This document shows, piece by piece, positions 10,959 to 22,424 of a DNA stretch of 64,000 nt. The notes under the pieces were generated by a model. The model was given only the letters and a program-made list of their open reading frames with translations. It had not been told where the DNA came from and searched no databases. A program made the translations under genes and the position numbers. The stretch covers positions 1,069 through 65,068 of the forward strand of contig JANXMZ010000044.1 in the NCBI GenBank assembly GCA_025354385.1. The letters are read 5' to 3'. Source of the stretch: Bacteroidota bacterium. GTDB lineage: Bacteria > Bacteroidota > Bacteroidia > NS11-12g > UBA955. Every line of letters starts with the position of its first letter. Position 1 is the first letter of the stretch.

Positions 10959-11576
10959 ATGGTAGGAATAATAGGAAAAAAAATCGGAATGACTAGCATC
11001 ATTGATGCTAACGGAGCCAAAATTGCTTGTACAGTAATTCAGGCCCAGCCTAATGTTATCTCTCAAATAAAAACTGAAGAGAAAGAAGGTTATAATGCGC
11101 TTCAAATTTCTGGTATAGAAGTGAACGAAAAGCATTCTAACGCGCCGGCTATCGGACATTTTGCAAAAGCAAATTCAAAACCAATGTATTACTCTCATGA
11201 GTTCAGAGTTGATAAAGTTTCTGGAACTATTGGAGATAAAGTAGAGGTTACCATATTTGGCGAAGGTGATTTTGTAGACATCATCGGAACTACCAAAGGT
11301 AAAGGTTTTCAAGGTGTTGTAAGAAGACACGGTTTTGCGGGTGTTGGTCCTTCTACTCATGGACAACATGATAGAAAGAGAGCACCAGGTTCTGTAGGTT
11401 CATCTTCATATCCTTCAAAAGTATTTAAAGGTTTGAGAATGGCTGGTAGAATGGGTGGCAAAAGAATGAAGAGCATTAATTCAAAAATATTAAAAGTGGT
11501 ACCTGAGCAACATTTACTAATAGTAAAAGGTTCGGTTAGTGGTCACAATGGAGCAATAGTAGTTATAGAAAAATAA
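10959..11576 (+). CDS. rplC: 50S ribosomal protein L3
   Basis: MVGIIGKKIGMT start. The ORF-track start at 10935 overlaps rpsJ, so the internal ATG at 10959 was chosen. Confidence 0.9.
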   Translation: MVGIIGKKIGMTSIIDANGAKIACTVIQAQPNVISQIKTEEKEGYNALQISGIEVNEKHSNAPAIGHFAKANSKPMYYSHEFRVDKVSGTIGDKVEVTIFGEGDFVDIIGTTKGKGFQGVVRRHGFAGVGPSTHGQHDRKRAPGSVGSSSYPSKVFKGLRMAGRMGGKRMKSINSKILKVVPEQHLLIVKGSVSGHNGAIVVIEK

Positions 11577-11578
11577 AA

Positions 11579-12205
11579 ATGGAAATCAAAGTACTTTCTA
11601 CCAACGGCAGCGAAACAGGCAAAACAATAAGTTTACCATCAGAAATATTTGGTGTTACTCCTAACGATCATGCGATTTATTTAGATGTTAAACAATATCT
11701 AGCTAATCAAAGACAGGGTAACCACAAAACAAAAGTAAAAGCTGAAGTAAACTATAGTACCCGCAAAATTAAAAAGCAAAAGGGTACAGGCGGAGCTCGT
11801 GCAGGTAGTATAAAATCAGGTGTATTTGTAGGTGGAGGTAGAATACATGGTCCGCAACCAAGAGATTACAGTTTCAAGTTAAACAAGAAATTGAAAAGAG
11901 TTGCCCGTGTATCTGCATTGTCATACAAAGCATCAACCAATAAAATTATAGCTTTAGAAAGCTTAAATTTTGAAAAACCAAGCACAAAAATGTTCATTGA
12001 ATTAATGAATAATTTGAAAGTGAATAATGAACGCGTCTTGTTGGTTACTCCAGATAATAACTCAAATGTTTATTTGAGCGGAAGAAACCTTCAAAAAGCA
12101 AAAACACTTCCTGCTGCTGAATTAAATACTTATCAAATATTAAAAGCAAAAACTTTAGTATTGGTAGATGGATCCATAGAAGCTATAAAACAAACATTGA
12201 ATTAA
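11579..12205 (+). CDS. rplD: 50S ribosomal protein L4
   Basis: Position and sequence (KGTGGARAGSIKS). Confidence 0.9.
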   Translation: MEIKVLSTNGSETGKTISLPSEIFGVTPNDHAIYLDVKQYLANQRQGNHKTKVKAEVNYSTRKIKKQKGTGGARAGSIKSGVFVGGGRIHGPQPRDYSFKLNKKLKRVARVSALSYKASTNKIIALESLNFEKPSTKMFIELMNNLKVNNERVLLVTPDNNSNVYLSGRNLQKAKTLPAAELNTYQILKAKTLVLVDGSIEAIKQTLN

Positions 12206-12209
12206 GCGT

Positions 12210-12497
12210 ATGTCAGTATTAATAAAACCATTAATCACCGAAAAGTTAACCATGTTAACTGATAAAAGAAAGCAATACGGTTTCGTATGCCAACGATCAG
12301 CTACAAGGTTAGAAATTAAATCTGAAATCGAAAAGGTTTATGGTGTGGAAGTGGAATGGATAAACACCATGGTTGCAGCTCCTAAACGTAAAAGAAACAG
12401 ACGTACCGGACAAACCACAGGTAGAACAAACATTTATAAGAAAGCAATTTGTAAATTGAAAGAAGGTCAATCTATTGACTTTTACGAAAATATTTAA
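12210..12497 (+). CDS. rplW: 50S ribosomal protein L23
   Basis: Position and sequence. Confidence 0.9.
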   Translation: MSVLIKPLITEKLTMLTDKRKQYGFVCQRSATRLEIKSEIEKVYGVEVEWINTMVAAPKRKRNRRTGQTTGRTNIYKKAICKLKEGQSIDFYENI

Positions 12498-12502
12498 AGA
12501 AA

Positions 12503-13339
12503 ATGCCAGTTAAAAGACTTAGACCGATAACGCCAGGCACTCGATTCAGAGTAGCTAATACATATGCAGAGCTTACTGCGTCAAAACCTGAAAAGAGTTT
12601 GACCGAAGCTTTAAGCAAATCTGGTGGAAGAAATAACCAAGGTAAAATGACCATGCGCTACATTGGTGGCGGTCACAAGAAAAAATACAGAATTGTAGAT
12701 TTTCGCAGAGATAAAGCAGGTGTTGCTGCCGAGGTTAAAACAGTAGAATACGATCCAAATCGTTCTGCATTTATTTCACTTGTTGAATATGCAGATGGTG
12801 AAAAACGTTACATCATTTGTCCAAACGGATTAAAAGTTGGAACCAAAATTAACTCTGGTGCAGGTGCTGCCCCTGATTTGGGAAATACATTACCATTGTC
12901 TGAAATACCTTTGGGTTCTATCATACACAACATCGAAATGGCTCCTGGTCAAGGTGGAAAAATCTGCAGAAGTGCTGGTTCATACGCTCAACTAGCTGCA
13001 AGAGATGGTAAGTATGTAGTAGTAAAATTACCAAGTGGTGAAACAAGAATGATACTTGGTACTTGTTCAGCTACCATTGGTTCAGTCTCTAATCCTGATC
13101 ACAGCCTTGAAGTAAAAGGTAAAGCAGGTAGAAGCAGATGGTTAGGCAGACGTCCTCGTACCCGTCCAGCAGCGATGAACCCTGTAGATCACCCGATGGG
13201 TGGTGGTGAGGGTCGTTCAAAAGGCGGACAACCAAGATCTCGTAATGGTATCTATTCTCAAGGTCAAAAAACCAGAGATACCAATAAGAGCTCGAATAAA
13301 TTAATCATAGAACGTAGAAAAGGTATAAGAAATAAATAA
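12503..13339 (+). CDS. rplB: 50S ribosomal protein L2
   Basis: 278 aa with the L2 hallmark [11 protein letters not shown]. Confidence 0.95.
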   Translation: MPVKRLRPITPGTRFRVANTYAELTASKPEKSLTEALSKSGGRNNQGKMTMRYIGGGHKKKYRIVDFRRDKAGVAAEVKTVEYDPNRSAFISLVEYADGEKRYIICPNGLKVGTKINSGAGAAPDLGNTLPLSEIPLGSIIHNIEMAPGQGGKICRSAGSYAQLAARDGKYVVVKLPSGETRMILGTCSATIGSVSNPDHSLEVKGKAGRSRWLGRRPRTRPAAMNPVDHPMGGGEGRSKGGQPRSRNGIYSQGQKTRDTNKSSNKLIIERRKGIRNK

Positions 13340-13605
13340 TGGCTAGATCACTAAAAAAAGGTCCCTTTATAGAATGGAAACTTGACGCAAAAGTTGCCAC
13401 TATGAACGAAACTAAAAAGAAATCGGTAATTAAAACCTGGAGCAGGAAATCAATGATTGCCCCAGATTTTGTTGGACACACATTTGCTGTGCACAACGGA
13501 AATAAATTCATACCTGTTTATGTAACAGAAAACATGGTAGGTCATAAACTGGGTGAATTTGCGCCAACCAGAACATTTAAAGGACATGGAGGTAATAGTA
13601 AATAA
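13339..13605 (+). CDS. rpsS: 30S ribosomal protein S19
   Basis: [12 protein letters not shown]...[28 protein letters not shown]. Confidence 0.95.
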   Translation: MARSLKKGPFIEWKLDAKVATMNETKKKSVIKTWSRKSMIAPDFVGHTFAVHNGNKFIPVYVTENMVGHKLGEFAPTRTFKGHGGNSK

Positions 13606-13609
13606 TAGT

Positions 13610-13984
13610 ATGGAAGCAGTAGCAATATTAAGAAATTGTCCCTTATCACCTCAAAAAATGAGATTGGTAATTGATCAGATACGCGGTCAGAAAGTGGAGA
13701 GTGCTTTAAACATTCTTCAATTTAGTCAACGTAAATATTATGCAGTATATGTAGAGAAACTATTAAAGTCTGCTATCAGTAACTGGGAACAAAAAAATAA
13801 TGGTAGCAAAGCCGATGAGAATAACTTAGTTGTTTCATCAGTATTTGTAGACGGTGCTTTTGTAGCGAAAAGAATGAGAACAGCTCCTCAGGGCCGTGCT
13901 TATAGAATTAGAAAACGTTACAATCACATTACTATTAAAGTGGATAGTATTAATAACAAAGAAACACAATTAGCTGAAGCATAA
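13610..13984 (+). CDS. rplV: 50S ribosomal protein L22
   Basis: MEAVAILRNCPLSPQKMRLV start at 13610. The ORF-track extension to 13553 overlaps rpsS and was rejected. Confidence 0.9.
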   Translation: MEAVAILRNCPLSPQKMRLVIDQIRGQKVESALNILQFSQRKYYAVYVEKLLKSAISNWEQKNNGSKADENNLVVSSVFVDGAFVAKRMRTAPQGRAYRIRKRYNHITIKVDSINNKETQLAEA

Positions 13985-13987
13985 TTA

Positions 13988-14809
13988 ATGGGACAAAAAA
14001 TAAATCCGATAGCGCTTAGACTTGGTATCATCAGAGGATGGGAAAGTAATTGGTATGGTGGAAAACACTTCGCTGATAAATTAGTTGAAGACGAAAAAAT
14101 TCGCAAATACTTATTCGTTAGAATACCACGTGGTGGTATGTCTAAAATAGTCATCGAAAGAACCATCAAACGTATCATAATAACTATTCACACTGCAAAG
14201 CCAGGTATAGTAATTGGTAAAGGTGGAGCAGAGGTTGATAAGATTAAAGAGGAAATTAAGAAGATCACCAAAAAGGATGTTCAAATTAATATCTTCGAAA
14301 TTAAAAGACCAGAATTGGATGCTAAGTTGGTTGCAGAAACCATTTGCCAGCAAATTGAAGGTCGTGTTAGCTACAAAAGAGCCACTAAGCAAGCCTTGGC
14401 TAATACCATGAGAATGGGTGCCGCTGGTATCAAAGTTAGCATCTCAGGTAGATTGAATGGAGCAGAGATAGCACGTGCTGAAAAATATAAAGAAGGAAGA
14501 ACACCGTTACATACTTTGCGTTCTGATATTGACTACGCACTTGGCGAAGCACTTACAGTATATGGTAAAATTGGGGTAAAGGTTTGGATTTGCAGAGGTG
14601 AGATTTATGGTAAACGTGATTTATCTCTAAATGCAGGTTCAGATAGAGGTCCAAGACCAGAAGGTGGAAATGATAGAGGTGGCGATAGAAGAGGTAATAC
14701 CAGAGGCGGTAATGATAGAAGAAGAAGCGGTGGACCTAATGCTGGTGGTGGAGATAGAAGAGATAATAATGGCCCAAGAAGTGGTGGTAACGATAGAAGA
14801 AATAAATAA
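13988..14809 (+). CDS. rpsC: 30S ribosomal protein S3 with R/G/D/N-rich C-terminal extension
   Basis: [14 protein letters not shown] start with KH and S3-C domains. A tail of about 45 aa consists of GGNDRR-like repeats. Confidence 0.95.
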   Translation: MGQKINPIALRLGIIRGWESNWYGGKHFADKLVEDEKIRKYLFVRIPRGGMSKIVIERTIKRIIITIHTAKPGIVIGKGGAEVDKIKEEIKKITKKDVQINIFEIKRPELDAKLVAETICQQIEGRVSYKRATKQALANTMRMGAAGIKVSISGRLNGAEIARAEKYKEGRTPLHTLRSDIDYALGEALTVYGKIGVKVWICRGEIYGKRDLSLNAGSDRGPRPEGGNDRGGDRRGNTRGGNDRRRSGGPNAGGGDRRDNNGPRSGGNDRRNK

Positions 14810-14820
14810 GGAAAATTGAC

Positions 14821-15240
14821 ATGTTAAGTCCAAAAAGAACCAAATTCAGAAAGCAACATAAAGGAAGAGTTAAGGGATTAGCTACTAGAGGGCATCGCCT
14901 TAGTTTCGGTACTTTCGGTTTAAAAAGTATGGAAGCATCCTGGATAACAGCCAGACAAATAGAAGCTGCGAGGGTAGCTTTGACCAGATTCATGAAAAGA
15001 GAAGGTCAGGTTTGGATCCGTATATTTCCAGATAAACCAATCACCAAAAAACCTGCAGAGGTACGTATGGGTAAAGGTAAGGGAGCACCAGAATATTGGG
15101 TGGCTATCGTAAAACCAGGAACCATTATGTTTGAAGTAACCGGTGTATCTTTAGCTATTGCAGAAGAAGGTATGGCGCTTGCAGCACAAAAATTACCAGT
15201 AGCAACTAAATTTGTAGTTAAACCTGATTATACAGAATAG
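14821..15240 (+). CDS. rplP: 50S ribosomal protein L16
   Basis: [16 protein letters not shown]. Confidence 0.95.
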   Translation: MLSPKRTKFRKQHKGRVKGLATRGHRLSFGTFGLKSMEASWITARQIEAARVALTRFMKREGQVWIRIFPDKPITKKPAEVRMGKGKGAPEYWVAIVKPGTIMFEVTGVSLAIAEEGMALAAQKLPVATKFVVKPDYTE

Positions 15241-15242
15241 AT

Positions 15243-15467
15243 ATGAAAGCCAGGGAAATAAAAGATCTTCCAACTAAGGAATTGGTGGAAAGATACAAAG
15301 AAGAAAAATTGAGACTTACTAAAGTTAAGTTTAACAATGCGGTTTCTAAAATAGAGCAACCACATAAAATTGCAGAATCACGTAAGGTAGTAGCAAGATT
15401 GCTAACAGAAATGAATTCACGCAGAATAGATAACGAATTAAAAGCAGCTGAAAAAAGCGAAAATTAA
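15243..15467 (+). CDS. rpmC: 50S ribosomal protein L29
   Basis: Position and sequence. Confidence 0.9.
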   Translation: MKAREIKDLPTKELVERYKEEKLRLTKVKFNNAVSKIEQPHKIAESRKVVARLLTEMNSRRIDNELKAAEKSEN

Positions 15468-15469
15468 AA

Positions 15470-15730
15470 ATGGAATTAACCAGAAACGCAAGAAAAGAAA
15501 TCATTGGTCGTGTTAGCAGCAGTGCTATGAACAAGTCAATAGTTGTAGAATTAGAGACTAAAGTTAAACACCCGAAATATGGTAAATATTTCAAAAAGAC
15601 CAAGAAGTTTTATGCCCATGATGAAAAAAATGAGTGTAATCAGAATGATATTGTAAAGATTATGGAAACAAGACCATTGAGCAAATTGAAATGCTGGAGA
15701 CTTGTAGAAATTATAGAAAAAGCCAAATAA
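15470..15730 (+). CDS. rpsQ: 30S ribosomal protein S17
   Basis: Position and sequence. Confidence 0.9.
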   Translation: MELTRNARKEIIGRVSSSAMNKSIVVELETKVKHPKYGKYFKKTKKFYAHDEKNECNQNDIVKIMETRPLSKLKCWRLVEIIEKAK

Positions 15731-15731
15731 A

Positions 15732-16100
15732 ATGATACAAACAGAAAGTCGTTTAAAAGTAGCAGATAACAGCGGTGCAAAAGAAGTACTTTGCATACGT
15801 GTATTGGGCGGAACAAAAAGACGTTACGCATCTGTAGGTGATAAAATAGTTGTTGCAATTAAAACAGCTTTGCCTTCAGGTGGTGTTAAAGCCGGTACCG
15901 TATCTAAAGCAGTTATAGTAAGAGTTAAAAAAGAAATCAGAAGACCTGATGGATCATATATCCGATTCGATGAGAATTCATGTGTGTTGTTGAACGCATC
16001 AGATGAGCCAAGAGGAACAAGGATTTTTGGACCAGTAGCCCGCGAATTGCGCGATAAACAATTCATGAAAATCGTTTCATTAGCCCCAGAAGTATTATAA
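15732..16100 (+). CDS. rplN: 50S ribosomal protein L14
   Basis: [19 protein letters not shown]. Confidence 0.95.
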   Translation: MIQTESRLKVADNSGAKEVLCIRVLGGTKRRYASVGDKIVVAIKTALPSGGVKAGTVSKAVIVRVKKEIRRPDGSYIRFDENSCVLLNASDEPRGTRIFGPVARELRDKQFMKIVSLAPEVL

Positions 16101-16104
16101 TCAG

Positions 16105-16452
16105 ATGAAAACAAACAAAAATTCACATATCACTAACAAAATTCACATCAAGAAAGGAGATAGCGTTAAAATGATCTCTGGTAAAACAATTGATGGAAAA
16201 AATACTGGTACTGTATTGAGAGTATACCCTAAAACCTATAAAGCAATTGTTGAGGGGTTGAATTTAGTGTCTCGACATACAAAACCAAATGCAGCTTTCC
16301 CTAATGGAGGTATCATCAAAAAAGAAGCACCAATTCACATTTCGAATTTGATGGTTCTTGAAAAAGGTGCTTCTACAAGAGTTGGCAGAAAAGCAAATGA
16401 TAAAGGTAACTTACAAAGATTTTCAGTTAAAACTGGAGAGTTTATAAAATAA
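16105..16452 (+). CDS. rplX: 50S ribosomal protein L24
   Basis: KOW motif HIKKGDSVKMISGK. Confidence 0.9.
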   Translation: MKTNKNSHITNKIHIKKGDSVKMISGKTIDGKNTGTVLRVYPKTYKAIVEGLNLVSRHTKPNAAFPNGGIIKKEAPIHISNLMVLEKGASTRVGRKANDKGNLQRFSVKTGEFIK

Positions 16453-16463
16453 TAAAATAGAAA

Positions 16464-17015
16464 ATGTCGTATACAGCCAATTTAAGAAAGAAATATACTG
16501 ATGTAGTAATCCCTCACATGCAGGAGAAATTCGCCTATAAAAATGTGATGGAGATTCCTAAATTAGAAAAAATATGTCTGAATCAAGGTGTAGGTGTAGC
16601 AGTTAATGATAAAAAAATAATTGATGCAGCCGTAGATGAAATGACCCGTATTTCTGGTCAGAAAGCGCAAGCTACCATGTCTAAAAAAGCAATCAGTAAT
16701 TTTAAATTAAGAGAGAAAATGCCAATTGGAGCTAAAGTAACTCTTCGTTCAGATACTATGTATGAATTCCTTCACAGATTAATTTCAATCGCCATGCCAA
16801 GGGTGAGAGATTTCCAAGGTTTAGCAGTTAAAGGATTTGATGGAAGAGGTAATTATACCATGGGTATTACCGAGCAAATCATTTTTCCAGAAATTGACAT
16901 TGACAAAACAAACAGAATTTCAGGTATGGATATAACATTCGTTACCACTGCTAAAACAGATGAAGAATGTTTAGAATTATTAAGATCATTTGGTTTACCT
17001 TTCAAAAAGAACTAA
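16464..17015 (+). CDS. rplE: 50S ribosomal protein L5
   Basis: Position and sequence. Confidence 0.95.
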   Translation: MSYTANLRKKYTDVVIPHMQEKFAYKNVMEIPKLEKICLNQGVGVAVNDKKIIDAAVDEMTRISGQKAQATMSKKAISNFKLREKMPIGAKVTLRSDTMYEFLHRLISIAMPRVRDFQGLAVKGFDGRGNYTMGITEQIIFPEIDIDKTNRISGMDITFVTTAKTDEECLELLRSFGLPFKKN

Positions 17016-17024
17016 CAAAATAAA

Positions 17025-17294
17025 ATGGCAAGAGAAGCAATAAAAGCACGCGAACTCAAAAGAGAAAGAATGATCGCTAAATATGCTGATAGACGCAAAG
17101 CGTTGAAAGAAGCAGGCGATTTAATTGGGTTGCAAAAATTACCGCGCAGTTCATCTCCTGTTCGTTTACGCAACCGTTGTAAACTTACAGGCAAACCACG
17201 TGGTTATATCAGAATCTTTGGAATATGCAGAAATCAGTTCCGCGAACTGGCTTCGAATGGTAAAATTCCTGGCGTAACCAAAGCAAGCTGGTAA
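17025..17294 (+). CDS. rpsN: 30S ribosomal protein S14
   Basis: 89 aa, C-terminal [18 protein letters not shown]. Confidence 0.9.
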   Translation: MAREAIKARELKRERMIAKYADRRKALKEAGDLIGLQKLPRSSSPVRLRNRCKLTGKPRGYIRIFGICRNQFRELASNGKIPGVTKASW

Positions 17295-17372
17295 AATAGT
17301 ATTAGAATAAAAACAAGATAATTTACAATTGATTTCAATTTGTAAACATCAAAAAATAAAAAATAACAAAAA

Positions 17373-17771
17373 ATGACAGATCCAATAGCAGATTATCTAA
17401 CCCGTTTAAGAAACGCATTAGCTGCAAAACACAGAATAGTTGAAATTCCTGCTTCAAATGTAAAAAAGGCAATTACTAAAGTATTATTCGAAAAAGGCTA
17501 TATCCTCAACTATAAATTTGAAGAAACTGATAATAAACAAGGTGTTATTAAAGTAGCTTTAAAATATGATGCAGTAACTAAAATTCCTGCTATTAGAGAA
17601 ATTAAAAGAGTAAGTAAACCTGGTTTGCGCAAATACGCCCCGGCTGATAATCTTCCAAGAGTTATAAACGGCTTGGGTATTGCCATCATTTCTACTTCTC
17701 ATGGTGTAATCAGTGATAAAGAAGCAAGAACCTTGAACGTTGGTGGTGAGGTATTGTGCTTCGTTTCATAA
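17373..17771 (+). CDS. rpsH: 30S ribosomal protein S8
   Basis: [15 protein letters not shown]. Confidence 0.95.
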   Translation: MTDPIADYLTRLRNALAAKHRIVEIPASNVKKAITKVLFEKGYILNYKFEETDNKQGVIKVALKYDAVTKIPAIREIKRVSKPGLRKYAPADNLPRVINGLGIAIISTSHGVISDKEARTLNVGGEVLCFVS

Positions 17772-17790
17772 ATTTAAACAAAACAGAAAA

Positions 17791-18348
17791 ATGTCAAGAA
17801 TAGGAAAAGCTCCAATAAAAGTTCCAGCAGGTGTCGAGATCAAAATCTCTAACGATAATGTTGTTACCGTAAAAGGACCAAAAGGTGAACTTCATCAGGC
17901 CATTAAACCTGATTTTAAATTAGAATTGAACGAAGGTATTTTAACATTGGTTCGTCCTAATGAAGAAAAGCAAAATAAAGCGCTTCATGGATTGTACCGT
18001 TCTTTAATTAATAATAATGTTATTGGTGTTAAAGACGGACATACAACTAAGCAAGAATTGGTAGGGGTGGGTTACAAAGCATCTAACGTAGGTCAGATTT
18101 TGGATTTATCATTAGGGTTTTCACATAGAATTATGTTAGAAATTCCTCAAGAAGTAAAGTTAACCACGGTAACAGAAAAAGGTCAGAATCCAACCATCAT
18201 TATGGAAAGTGCCGATAAACAGTTATTAGGTCAATTGGCTGCCAAAATTAGAGGATTCCGCAAGCCTGAGCCATATAAAGGAAAAGGTATCAGATTCGCT
18301 GGTGAGCAATTAAGAAGAAAAGCAGGTAAATCAGCATCTAAAAAATAA
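17791..18348 (+). CDS. rplF: 50S ribosomal protein L6
   Basis: MSRIGKAPIKVP start at 17791. The ORF-track start at 17740 overlaps rpsH. Confidence 0.9.
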   Translation: MSRIGKAPIKVPAGVEIKISNDNVVTVKGPKGELHQAIKPDFKLELNEGILTLVRPNEEKQNKALHGLYRSLINNNVIGVKDGHTTKQELVGVGYKASNVGQILDLSLGFSHRIMLEIPQEVKLTTVTEKGQNPTIIMESADKQLLGQLAAKIRGFRKPEPYKGKGIRFAGEQLRRKAGKSASKK

Positions 18349-18360
18349 TCAAGCTAGAAA

Positions 18361-18714
18361 ATGAGCAACGTAAAAGAAAAAAGAAGATTAAAAATTAAAC
18401 GCAGAGTAGCAGGTGCAATTGTGACTTCAGCAACCCGCCCACGTTTAGTAGTTTTTCGCAGCAATAGTGAAATATATGCACAGATAGTTGATATTACTAA
18501 TAAAACCATCTGTTCTGCTTCCACTCGCGAAAAAGAAATAGCCGGTATAAAAGAAACCAAAACAGCGAAAGCTTCTTTGGTTGGTAAAAAAATTGCTGAG
18601 AAAGCAAAAGCCAACGGAATAGAAAGTGTAGTGTTTGATAGAAATGGCTTCTTGTATCACGGTAGAGTGAAAAGTTTAGCAGAAGGTGCCAGAGAAGGAG
18701 GACTTCAATTTTAA
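18361..18714 (+). CDS. rplR: 50S ribosomal protein L18
   Basis: Position and sequence. Confidence 0.9.
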   Translation: MSNVKEKRRLKIKRRVAGAIVTSATRPRLVVFRSNSEIYAQIVDITNKTICSASTREKEIAGIKETKTAKASLVGKKIAEKAKANGIESVVFDRNGFLYHGRVKSLAEGAREGGLQF

Positions 18715-18730
18715 TAATTAAAAGAAAATC

Positions 18731-19249
18731 ATGACAAATAGCAATATAAAACGCGTAAGACAATCTGAACTTGAACTAAAAGAAAAGGTTGTAGCAATTA
18801 ATCGCGTTGCAAAAGTTACAAAAGGTGGACGTACATTCAGTTTCACAGCTATTGTAGTAGTAGGTGATGGTAATGGTATTGTTGGTAACGGTTTAGGTAA
18901 AGCAGGTGAGGTAACCGATGCTATCACTAAGGCAATTGAAGACGCAAAGAAAAACCTTGTGAAAGTACCAGTTCTAAAAGGCACTATACCGCACGAGCAA
19001 TATGGAAAATTTGGTGGTGGCAATGTATTCATTAAGCCTGCATCAAGTGGAACAGGTGTTATTGCAGGTGGTGCAATGCGTGCTGTACTAGAAAGCGCAG
19101 GAATTCATGATGTATTGGCAAAATCTAAAGGTTCTTCCAATCCTCATAACGTGGTAAAAGCAACTTTGGATGCATTGTCCAAATTGAGAGATCCTTACAC
19201 CATCTCTAAACAAAGAAATATTAATTTAAAAAAGGTTTTTAACGGATAA
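18731..19249 (+). CDS. rpsE: 30S ribosomal protein S5
   Basis: [13 protein letters not shown] motif. Confidence 0.95.
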   Translation: MTNSNIKRVRQSELELKEKVVAINRVAKVTKGGRTFSFTAIVVVGDGNGIVGNGLGKAGEVTDAITKAIEDAKKNLVKVPVLKGTIPHEQYGKFGGGNVFIKPASSGTGVIAGGAMRAVLESAGIHDVLAKSKGSSNPHNVVKATLDALSKLRDPYTISKQRNINLKKVFNG

Positions 19250-19254
19250 TCATT

Positions 19255-19434
19255 ATGGCCAAAATAAAAATAACCAAAACACGCAGTACTATTGGTCAAT
19301 CGGTAAGAGTTGAAAGAAATTTAGAAGCTCTCGGATTAAGAAAAATTAATAGTTCAAATGTGGTTGAAGAAACGCCACAAATAAAAGGTATATTAAGAAA
19401 AGTTAACCATTTAGTAAAAATAGAAAATATTTAA
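19255..19434 (+). CDS. rpmD: 50S ribosomal protein L30
   Basis: A 59-aa ORF (MAKIKITKTRSTIGQ...) that falls below the ORF-track length cutoff, found by eye between rpsE and rplO. Confidence 0.85.
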   Translation: MAKIKITKTRSTIGQSVRVERNLEALGLRKINSSNVVEETPQIKGILRKVNHLVKIENI

Positions 19435-19435
19435 C

Positions 19436-19888
19436 ATGGATTTAAGTTCACTAAAACCTGCAGAAGGTTCGATAAAGAGTTCAAAACGTATTGGTCGTGG
19501 CCAAGGTTCTGGTAAGGGTGGTACATCCACAAAAGGACACAAAGGTGCACAGAGCAGAAGCGGTTACTCACGTAAAAAAGGTTTTGAAGGCGGTCAGATG
19601 CCATTGCAAAGACGTATTCCTAAAGGAGGATTTAAAAACTTCAATAGAGTTGAATATGCTTCAATCAATCTGGATGTTTTACAAAATTTAGCAGATGAGC
19701 ACAAATTAACTGTCATCAACCACGAATCATTGGTAACTTACAATTTGGTTAACAAAAGAGAGGTATACAAAATTTTAGGTCGTGGCGAATTAAAAGCTAA
19801 ATTAGAAGTTCATGCTCACCGTTTTTCTGAAACTGCTAAAAAAGCAATAGAAGGCAACGGAGGAAGCGCTAACCTTTTAGGAAAATAA
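19436..19888 (+). CDS. rplO: 50S ribosomal protein L15
   Basis: Position and sequence (GRGQGSGKGGT). Confidence 0.9.
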   Translation: MDLSSLKPAEGSIKSSKRIGRGQGSGKGGTSTKGHKGAQSRSGYSRKKGFEGGQMPLQRRIPKGGFKNFNRVEYASINLDVLQNLADEHKLTVINHESLVTYNLVNKREVYKILGRGELKAKLEVHAHRFSETAKKAIEGNGGSANLLGK

Positions 19889-19894
19889 TAAAGA

Positions 19895-21253
19895 ATGAAG
19901 AAATTTATTCAAAAATTAAAAGAAATCTGGAGCATAGAAGAGTTGAGAAGTAAAATTCTAAACACTCTTCTTTTCTTGCTTATATACAGAATCGGAACCT
20001 TCATTATATTGCCAGGTATAGACGGCAGTACTTTGATGGGTGCTTTACAAAAGCAAACCGACGGTATATTGGGATTGGTAAATATTTTTGCTGGTGGTGC
20101 CTTTGGAAGAGGTGCTATCTTCGCATTAGGTATTATGCCTTACATCTCTGCTTCAATCGTTATTCAATTGTTGAGCATAGCAGTTCCGTATTTCCAAAGA
20201 ATACAAAAAGAAGGCGAAGAAGGCCGCAGAAAAATAAATCAGTATACAAGGGTTTTAACAATTGCTATTACAGCAGTACAAGCAGTTGGTTATTTATACA
20301 ATATTACTTCTAAGAGTGATAATTGGGAGGCCCTATTGTTCAAAACCAACCCTGCAATTATGTCTGAATGGATGTTTATGGTGGTTAACGTTTGTATGTT
20401 AGTAGCCGGTACCATGTTTACAATGTGGTTAGGAGAAAAAATTACTGACAAAGGTTTGGGCAATGGTATTTCACTTATTATCATGGTAGGTATTATAGAT
20501 AGATTGCCAGAAGCATTGGGTTTCGAATTAGATCAAAGATTCACAAAAGGTGGTTTACCGTTGTTTATTCTAGAGCTCATTTTCTGGTTAGTCGTAATTG
20601 TTTCAACTATTTTGCTAATTCAAGGTACTCGTAAAATTGCAGTGAATTATGCAAAGCGCGTAGAAGGTAACAGAATGTTAGGTGGAGCAAGACAGTACAT
20701 TCCGTTGAAAGTAAATGCCGCAGGTGTTATGCCAATTATTTTTGCTCAGGCTATTATGTTCTTACCTCCAACCATCGCACAGAATGTTGAGAATCCTGGA
20801 GCGTTTTTAAGATCATTGAGTGATTACGGGTCCTTTGGGTACAATGCTGTATTTGCAACTTTAATTATCGCCTTTACCTATTTTTATACAGCAATTACGG
20901 TTAATCCTAACCAAATGGCAGATGATATGAAAAAGAATGGAGGCTTTATTCCGGGAGTTAAACCTGGTAAAAGTACAGCCGACTATATAGACAACGTGAT
21001 GTCAAGAATTACTTTCCCTGGTTCATTGTTTTTAGCTGCTATCGCCATATTGCCTTCAATAGCAATGTTGTTTGGTATCAGTCAGAGCTTTGCACAATTC
21101 TACGGTGGCACTAGTTTGTTGATTATGGTAGGTGTGGTATTAGATACATTACAACAGATAGAGAGTTATTTATTGATGCGTCATTATGATGGATTAATGA
21201 AATCAGGCAGAATAAAAGGCAGATCAGGAGCGGTTTCAACACAATCAATTTGA
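19895..21253 (+). CDS. secY: Preprotein translocase subunit SecY
   Basis: 452 aa, multi-TM, conserved position after rplO. Confidence 0.95.
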   Translation: MKKFIQKLKEIWSIEELRSKILNTLLFLLIYRIGTFIILPGIDGSTLMGALQKQTDGILGLVNIFAGGAFGRGAIFALGIMPYISASIVIQLLSIAVPYFQRIQKEGEEGRRKINQYTRVLTIAITAVQAVGYLYNITSKSDNWEALLFKTNPAIMSEWMFMVVNVCMLVAGTMFTMWLGEKITDKGLGNGISLIIMVGIIDRLPEALGFELDQRFTKGGLPLFILELIFWLVVIVSTILLIQGTRKIAVNYAKRVEGNRMLGGARQYIPLKVNAAGVMPIIFAQAIMFLPPTIAQNVENPGAFLRSLSDYGSFGYNAVFATLIIAFTYFYTAITVNPNQMADDMKKNGGFIPGVKPGKSTADYIDNVMSRITFPGSLFLAAIAILPSIAMLFGISQSFAQFYGGTSLLIMVGVVLDTLQQIESYLLMRHYDGLMKSGRIKGRSGAVSTQSI

Positions 21254-21292
21254 TAATTCAAAAAAAACAATTAATTTTGCACCCCCGTAAAA

Positions 21293-21511
21293 ATGGCTAA
21301 ACAAAGTTCGATAAAACAAGATGGTATCATTGAGGAAGCTTTATCTAACGCTATGTTTAGAGTAAAATTAGCCAATGGTCACGAGATAATAGCCACAATT
21401 TCTGGTAAAATGAGGATGAATTATATCAGAATATTACCGGGAGACAAAGTACAAGTAGAAATGAGTCCGTACGATTTGACAAGAGGACGGATCGCTTATA
21501 GATATAAATAA
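21293..21511 (+). CDS. infA: Translation initiation factor IF-1
   Basis: 72 aa, S1-like OB fold. Confidence 0.9.
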   Translation: MAKQSSIKQDGIIEEALSNAMFRVKLANGHEIIATISGKMRMNYIRILPGDKVQVEMSPYDLTRGRIAYRYK

Positions 21512-21519
21512 TCAAAGAT

Positions 21520-21636
21520 ATGAAAGTTAGAACTTCAGTAAAAAAGCGCAGTGTAGACTGCAAATTAGTAAAACGCAAAGGCAAACTCTTTGTGATTTGC
21601 AAAAAGAACCCTAAATTTAAACAAAGACAAGGATAA
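21520..21636 (+). CDS. rpmJ: 50S ribosomal protein L36
   Basis: 38-aa [41 protein letters not shown] with Zn-ribbon Cys. It is below the ORF-track cutoff. Its stop overlaps the rpsM ATG. Confidence 0.85.
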   Translation: MKVRTSVKKRSVDCKLVKRKGKLFVICKKNPKFKQRQG

Positions 21637-22013
21637 TGGCAAGAATAGCAGGTATTGATTTACCCAAAAATAAAAGAGGTGTTATCGGTTTAACCTATAT
21701 ATTTGGAATAGGTGCTAGCAGAGCTGGTAGTATTTTAGATAAAGCCGAAATCAACCACGACAAAAAAGTGGCTGAGTGGAATGATGAGGAATTAACTTCC
21801 ATAAGAAATATCATTTCAAGTTCATTCAAAACTGAAGGTGAATTGCGTTCTGAAGTGCAATTAAACATCAAACGTTTAATGGATATCGGTTGCTATAGAG
21901 GTACTCGTCACCGTAAAGGTTTACCATTGCGCGGTCAAAGTACTAAAAATAATGCGCGTACTAGAAAAGGTAAACGTAAAACAGTTGCTAACAAGAAAAA
22001 AGTTACTAAATAA
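21636..22013 (+). CDS. rpsM: 30S ribosomal protein S13
   Basis: [10 protein letters not shown]. Confidence 0.95.
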   Translation: MARIAGIDLPKNKRGVIGLTYIFGIGASRAGSILDKAEINHDKKVAEWNDEELTSIRNIISSSFKTEGELRSEVQLNIKRLMDIGCYRGTRHRKGLPLRGQSTKNNARTRKGKRKTVANKKKVTK

Positions 22014-22019
22014 TCAAAC

Positions 22020-22406
22020 ATGAGCACAGCTAAAAATACAAAGAAAAAGAAAGTTAAAGTTGACCCAATTGGTCAAGTTCATATAAGAGCATCTTTCAAT
22101 AATATTATAGTGTCTGTTACCAATACCAATGGTGAGGTTATTTCTTGGTCTTCTGCAGGTAAAATGGGATTCAAAGGTTCTAAAAAGAATACCCCTTATG
22201 CTGCACAATTAGCCAGTCAGGACTGCGGTAAAGTAGCTTTTGATTTGGGCTTAAGAAAAGTTGATGTTTTCGTTAAAGGTCCTGGTTCAGGCAGAGATTC
22301 AGCTATCAGAAATTTAGCAGCCATCGGTTTGGAAGTAATGTCTATCAATGACAATACACCTCTTCCTCACAATGGATGCAGACCACCTAAACGCAGACGT
22401 ATTTAA
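22020..22406 (+). CDS. rpsK: 30S ribosomal protein S11
   Basis: Position and sequence. Confidence 0.95.
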   Translation: MSTAKNTKKKKVKVDPIGQVHIRASFNNIIVSVTNTNGEVISWSSAGKMGFKGSKKNTPYAAQLASQDCGKVAFDLGLRKVDVFVKGPGSGRDSAIRNLAAIGLEVMSINDNTPLPHNGCRPPKRRRI

Positions 22407-22424
22407 TCAAATAGAAAATAAAAA

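Noticed and set aside
13553-13609. N-terminal extension of the rplV ORF ([19 protein letters not shown])
   Set aside because: It overlaps rpsS in another frame. The canonical L22 N-terminus MEAVAILR begins at 13610.
14631-14833. Small ORFs on both strands (62 and 64 aa) within the 3' end of rpsC
   Set aside because: They are artefacts of the repetitive GGNDRR-coding region. rpsC is the real gene.
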